From the NCBI GenBank assembly GCA_900617105.1, contig UYFQ01000760.1:1-35506 (forward strand): a stretch of DNA of 35,506 bases. Direction: 5' to 3'. This DNA comes from Hydrurus foetidus. Lineage: Eukaryota. The position numbers and the translations under genes are program-made. The number at the start of each line of letters is the position of its first letter. The first letter of the stretch is position 1. The notes under the pieces are model-generated. The model worked only from the letters and a program-made list of their open reading frames with translations, made no database searches and was not told where the DNA came from. Shown here in pieces: positions 32,629 to 35,506 of the stretch.

Positions 32629-33127
32629 TGTCGGTATATAACAGCGATAAGTGCTAGTTATAGCTGTATATTACTATTTGTATAATCAACAATTAGCATG
32701 ATAGGATATCAGAAGTAAACACATTTTGTAGATTGTTATTGGTGTGCAATGTGCACCAAGTCGCTTCCTCAATGCCAATTCGTATCACGTATATTGCCAT
32801 TGTTACACCATAATAACCACAGCTGTATAGTATTTATCCGGTACTTGGTACCAAAAGTCTAGCTTTTAGTACAAACGTCATATTTACAGTTGAGTAGCTA
32901 CTATCTCGCCTATACAACAACGTAGATGTAAATCTACGAGAGCCAGTCAAATTGCATGCGCATGACGATTGAGATCTTATTATTGTACGGCAGGTAGAAA
33001 TGATGCTTTTTGGCCTCCGTGCCAGTTTCTAATTCTTAAATCGAATTAACTAACCAAACCTTCCCATCTTCATTTGGCCATCCACGATATGTCCTCCCGA
33101 CTTCGTGCCAACCCGTGGCAACTCACA
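32629..33127 (+). repeat. Putative 5' LTR of the last element
   Basis: Starts TGTCGG where the previous gag is interrupted; ends either at CCGAC (~33101) or at CA 33127, which is followed by TGGTAGCG (PBS-like); partner LTR is outside the window. Confidence 0.55.
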
Positions 33128-33191
33128 TGGTAGCGATTGAAGTTTTCAAGACTTCAAAGATAGTTTTAGAGAGCCTCCGTCCAAGTTACAG

Positions 33192-35506
33192 ATGGCGAAA
33201 GGAAGGAAAGGCCCAGGGCCATTTTCATCAGAAAATGATGAGGAGCCACCGCCGCCTCCAATTGAACAACTAATACCTACTCTCCCTCTGACTCCTGCAT
33301 TAGGAATTGAGGAGCCTCCCATCGGTGTTGTAATCGATGAGGAAAGCCCTCAATTCCGGGCAGCTTTAGATAGACGAATCGCCCAACTCCAGTTGCTAAG
33401 AGATGAGAGCCCGATTATAGATAACCCGCTAGGGTTAATCGACATCGCGCCAAGGGTGGATCTGCCGTTAGGCGATCAACCCTCGTCTAGGAGCACTGAG
33501 ATGAGAGCGATTCCCCTCAATCTCCGTCCGTCAAGTCCGATACCGTCCGATGATGAATCGTCCTTTAGCAGTAGTAAAATTTCTAGTAGATTGAATAACG
33601 GGGGAAACCCTCGCAAAAATTTTTCGAGCGAGTCATCAATAACGACAATGAAGGGTCGAAAAGACTCTAATAATAACAATAATGACAAAATCGGATCGAC
33701 GCCAAAGCAATCAGACTTCTGGGATAAAGATAGTAGCAGCAGTGATGAAGAAAAAGAGATTCAATATTCTAAGAAGAAACCATGCAATAAAATGGTCAAA
33801 AGAATACATTATCAAAGGAACTCCACTGTCCTAATATCCGAAATAGGAAAATAAGTAATCGATATAAATACGCCAGACAAATTTCATCGTCTGCGTATGT
33901 TACATTCGGTATTATCAACAACGGGGTTACTCACCCTTATTGAAGGTCATCGTACCGAGCCAATAATGACAGAAGAAAATACTCATGGATTCAAGACTAG
34001 GAAAATTATACTAGTACCTAGAGTAGAATATGAGGATGAGAAATCGATAGACTCAATGTCATCGGAGCCCATAATAGAAAGAGTAGTTCTTGAAGAAGAT
34101 GATGCATTCCACTATATTCATGATAATGATAGACTATTTTCTCTAGTTTACATTATGTTTTCAAAAACTTTGCATCATAATATATCAATAAGAAATCAAA
34201 AGTTACGAAACGGAATTGAATCTTATCGAGAAATGATCAATTACATCTTCGGTCAAAAGCAACAGGACGTGAAATTCGCAAGAAGAGCGTTAGACACGTA
34301 CCAAATAAATCCAAGTGTTCATTTTAGATTAGAATACTCTAAATGGGAACAACTCTTCTCTAATCTAGAACACGCACAGAGTAGAATGATGACTGACGTC
34401 GAGAAAATGGCTTGGGTATCAGATCGGTTAGATTCTGACCCAAGACCTAAGATCGCTTCATCATTTGCTGCATGTGTCGTGAATAACACAAGTTATAATG
34501 AGTCGATGGGAATTATGTTGAGAGTCGCAGATGCAATGCCGCCTGAAACAGCGGTCATTCGCATGGCAAGTGTCACATCTTTTCCTGAAACGTCAAGTAG
34601 CTCTGAATATTCTCTGTATCAAAATACAATTCAAAATCAGTCTCAAGCAAAGTTAAATCAATATCAATCCTTGTCAAATCCGCCGCAAAATCCGGGTAAA
34701 CAAACACAATATAACCCAGCTTATAATTATGATATTAATAACAAGAATAAAATTCAAGATGCTAGATCATTACCTGACAATACTGGAGAACATAAAAGAC
34801 CAGTTAAGAATGGTGGTTATTGTTTTGGATTTCAAAAAGGAACTTGTAACAGACCAACATGCAAATACAAGCATGAAATGAATCCAGACAATGAAAATAA
34901 AATCCAACAACACCAACCAAATACAATTCCTTATAAAAAGTCAGTACAATTTGATTTAAGTCAGGCACAAATTGACTCAGTGGGACCGAAGGTTGGTGAT
35001 CCAAATGTACGGGGTGGATATTCAAAAGCGCAAATTAAAAGATTAAATTGGATGCGATCTCAAGATACTGAAACTGAACATCAGGTGCGTGCATTCTCAA
35101 GTTGGGGTAACCCTTCTGCACCACCTTATCAGTCAAATGAAGAAAAGCACAATACCTTAATGCGAGTGCGAATAACACCAAATGATCAGAGAATAATAAA
35201 AACGGATAGGCAAAATCAAGAATATAAAAATAAAGTTTACAATGGAAAAATGAATCAAAATGAAATGAAAAGTCATCAAAGAGCTCTACTCCAGAATGTA
35301 CAAAATAATTATTCTGCATGCTCTATTCCCCAAAGGGCAATCAATGCCGCAATACTATTAGCCGAACAATACTATTTGTTTCATTTATATGTAATGGAAT
35401 ATAATAGAAATGATCCTGCAACAACAATAGTTCCTTATATCTTTTTATTCAAAAACAAAAGAACAATTAAGGATAATCAAGAAAGAGCAAATCAATACAA
35501 TGATCT
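33192..35506 (+). pseudogene. Gag-like ORF with CCCH finger, one in-frame TAA (33852-33854), then open to the window end
   Basis: Frame stays open 33855-35506 (missed by the ORF track because there is no stop); YCFGFQKGTCNRPTCKYKH at 34818-34874; motifs shared with the gag at 32200-32628. Confidence 0.75.

Noticed and set aside
1..35506. Alternative genetic code explaining in-frame stops
   Set aside because: Stops of all three types occur only in transposon ORFs, and host genes end normally with TGA and TAA

Overview
Eukaryotic (spliceosomal introns; probably a stramenopile alga or protist, by inference from diatom-CoDi-like Copia elements) transposon-dense window. Only about 2.1 kb is host genes: a 5-exon mitochondrial ribosomal protein uL24m gene (14617-15529, +, with a probable GC-AG intron) and a convergent intronless GT25-like glycosyltransferase (15688-16701, -). 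The rest is nested mobile DNA, in this order: (1) the 5' end of a Copia inserted into a DIRS/Ngaro-type tyrosine recombinase gene; (2) a two-gene PIF/Harbinger-type element; (3) a TA-flanked TIR element with asymmetric internal inverted repeats, containing a young chromodomain Ty3/Gypsy with identical 196-bp LTRs, CCTT TSD and a palindrome instead of a tRNA PBS; (4) a young CoDi-like Copia with identical 173-bp LTRs, AATTT TSD, gag-TGA-pol in one frame and an internal deletion; (5) a telomere-like TTAGGG module bracketed by inverted repeats; (6) a three-level Copia nest. The two innermost elements of the nest share an unusual Gag that has a CCCH zinc finger where a CCHC knuckle is expected, followed by a long unassigned region; one also has HSDD in RT. 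This lineage is the best candidate for something undescribed. All calls come from reading the sequence by eye; no database searches were run.
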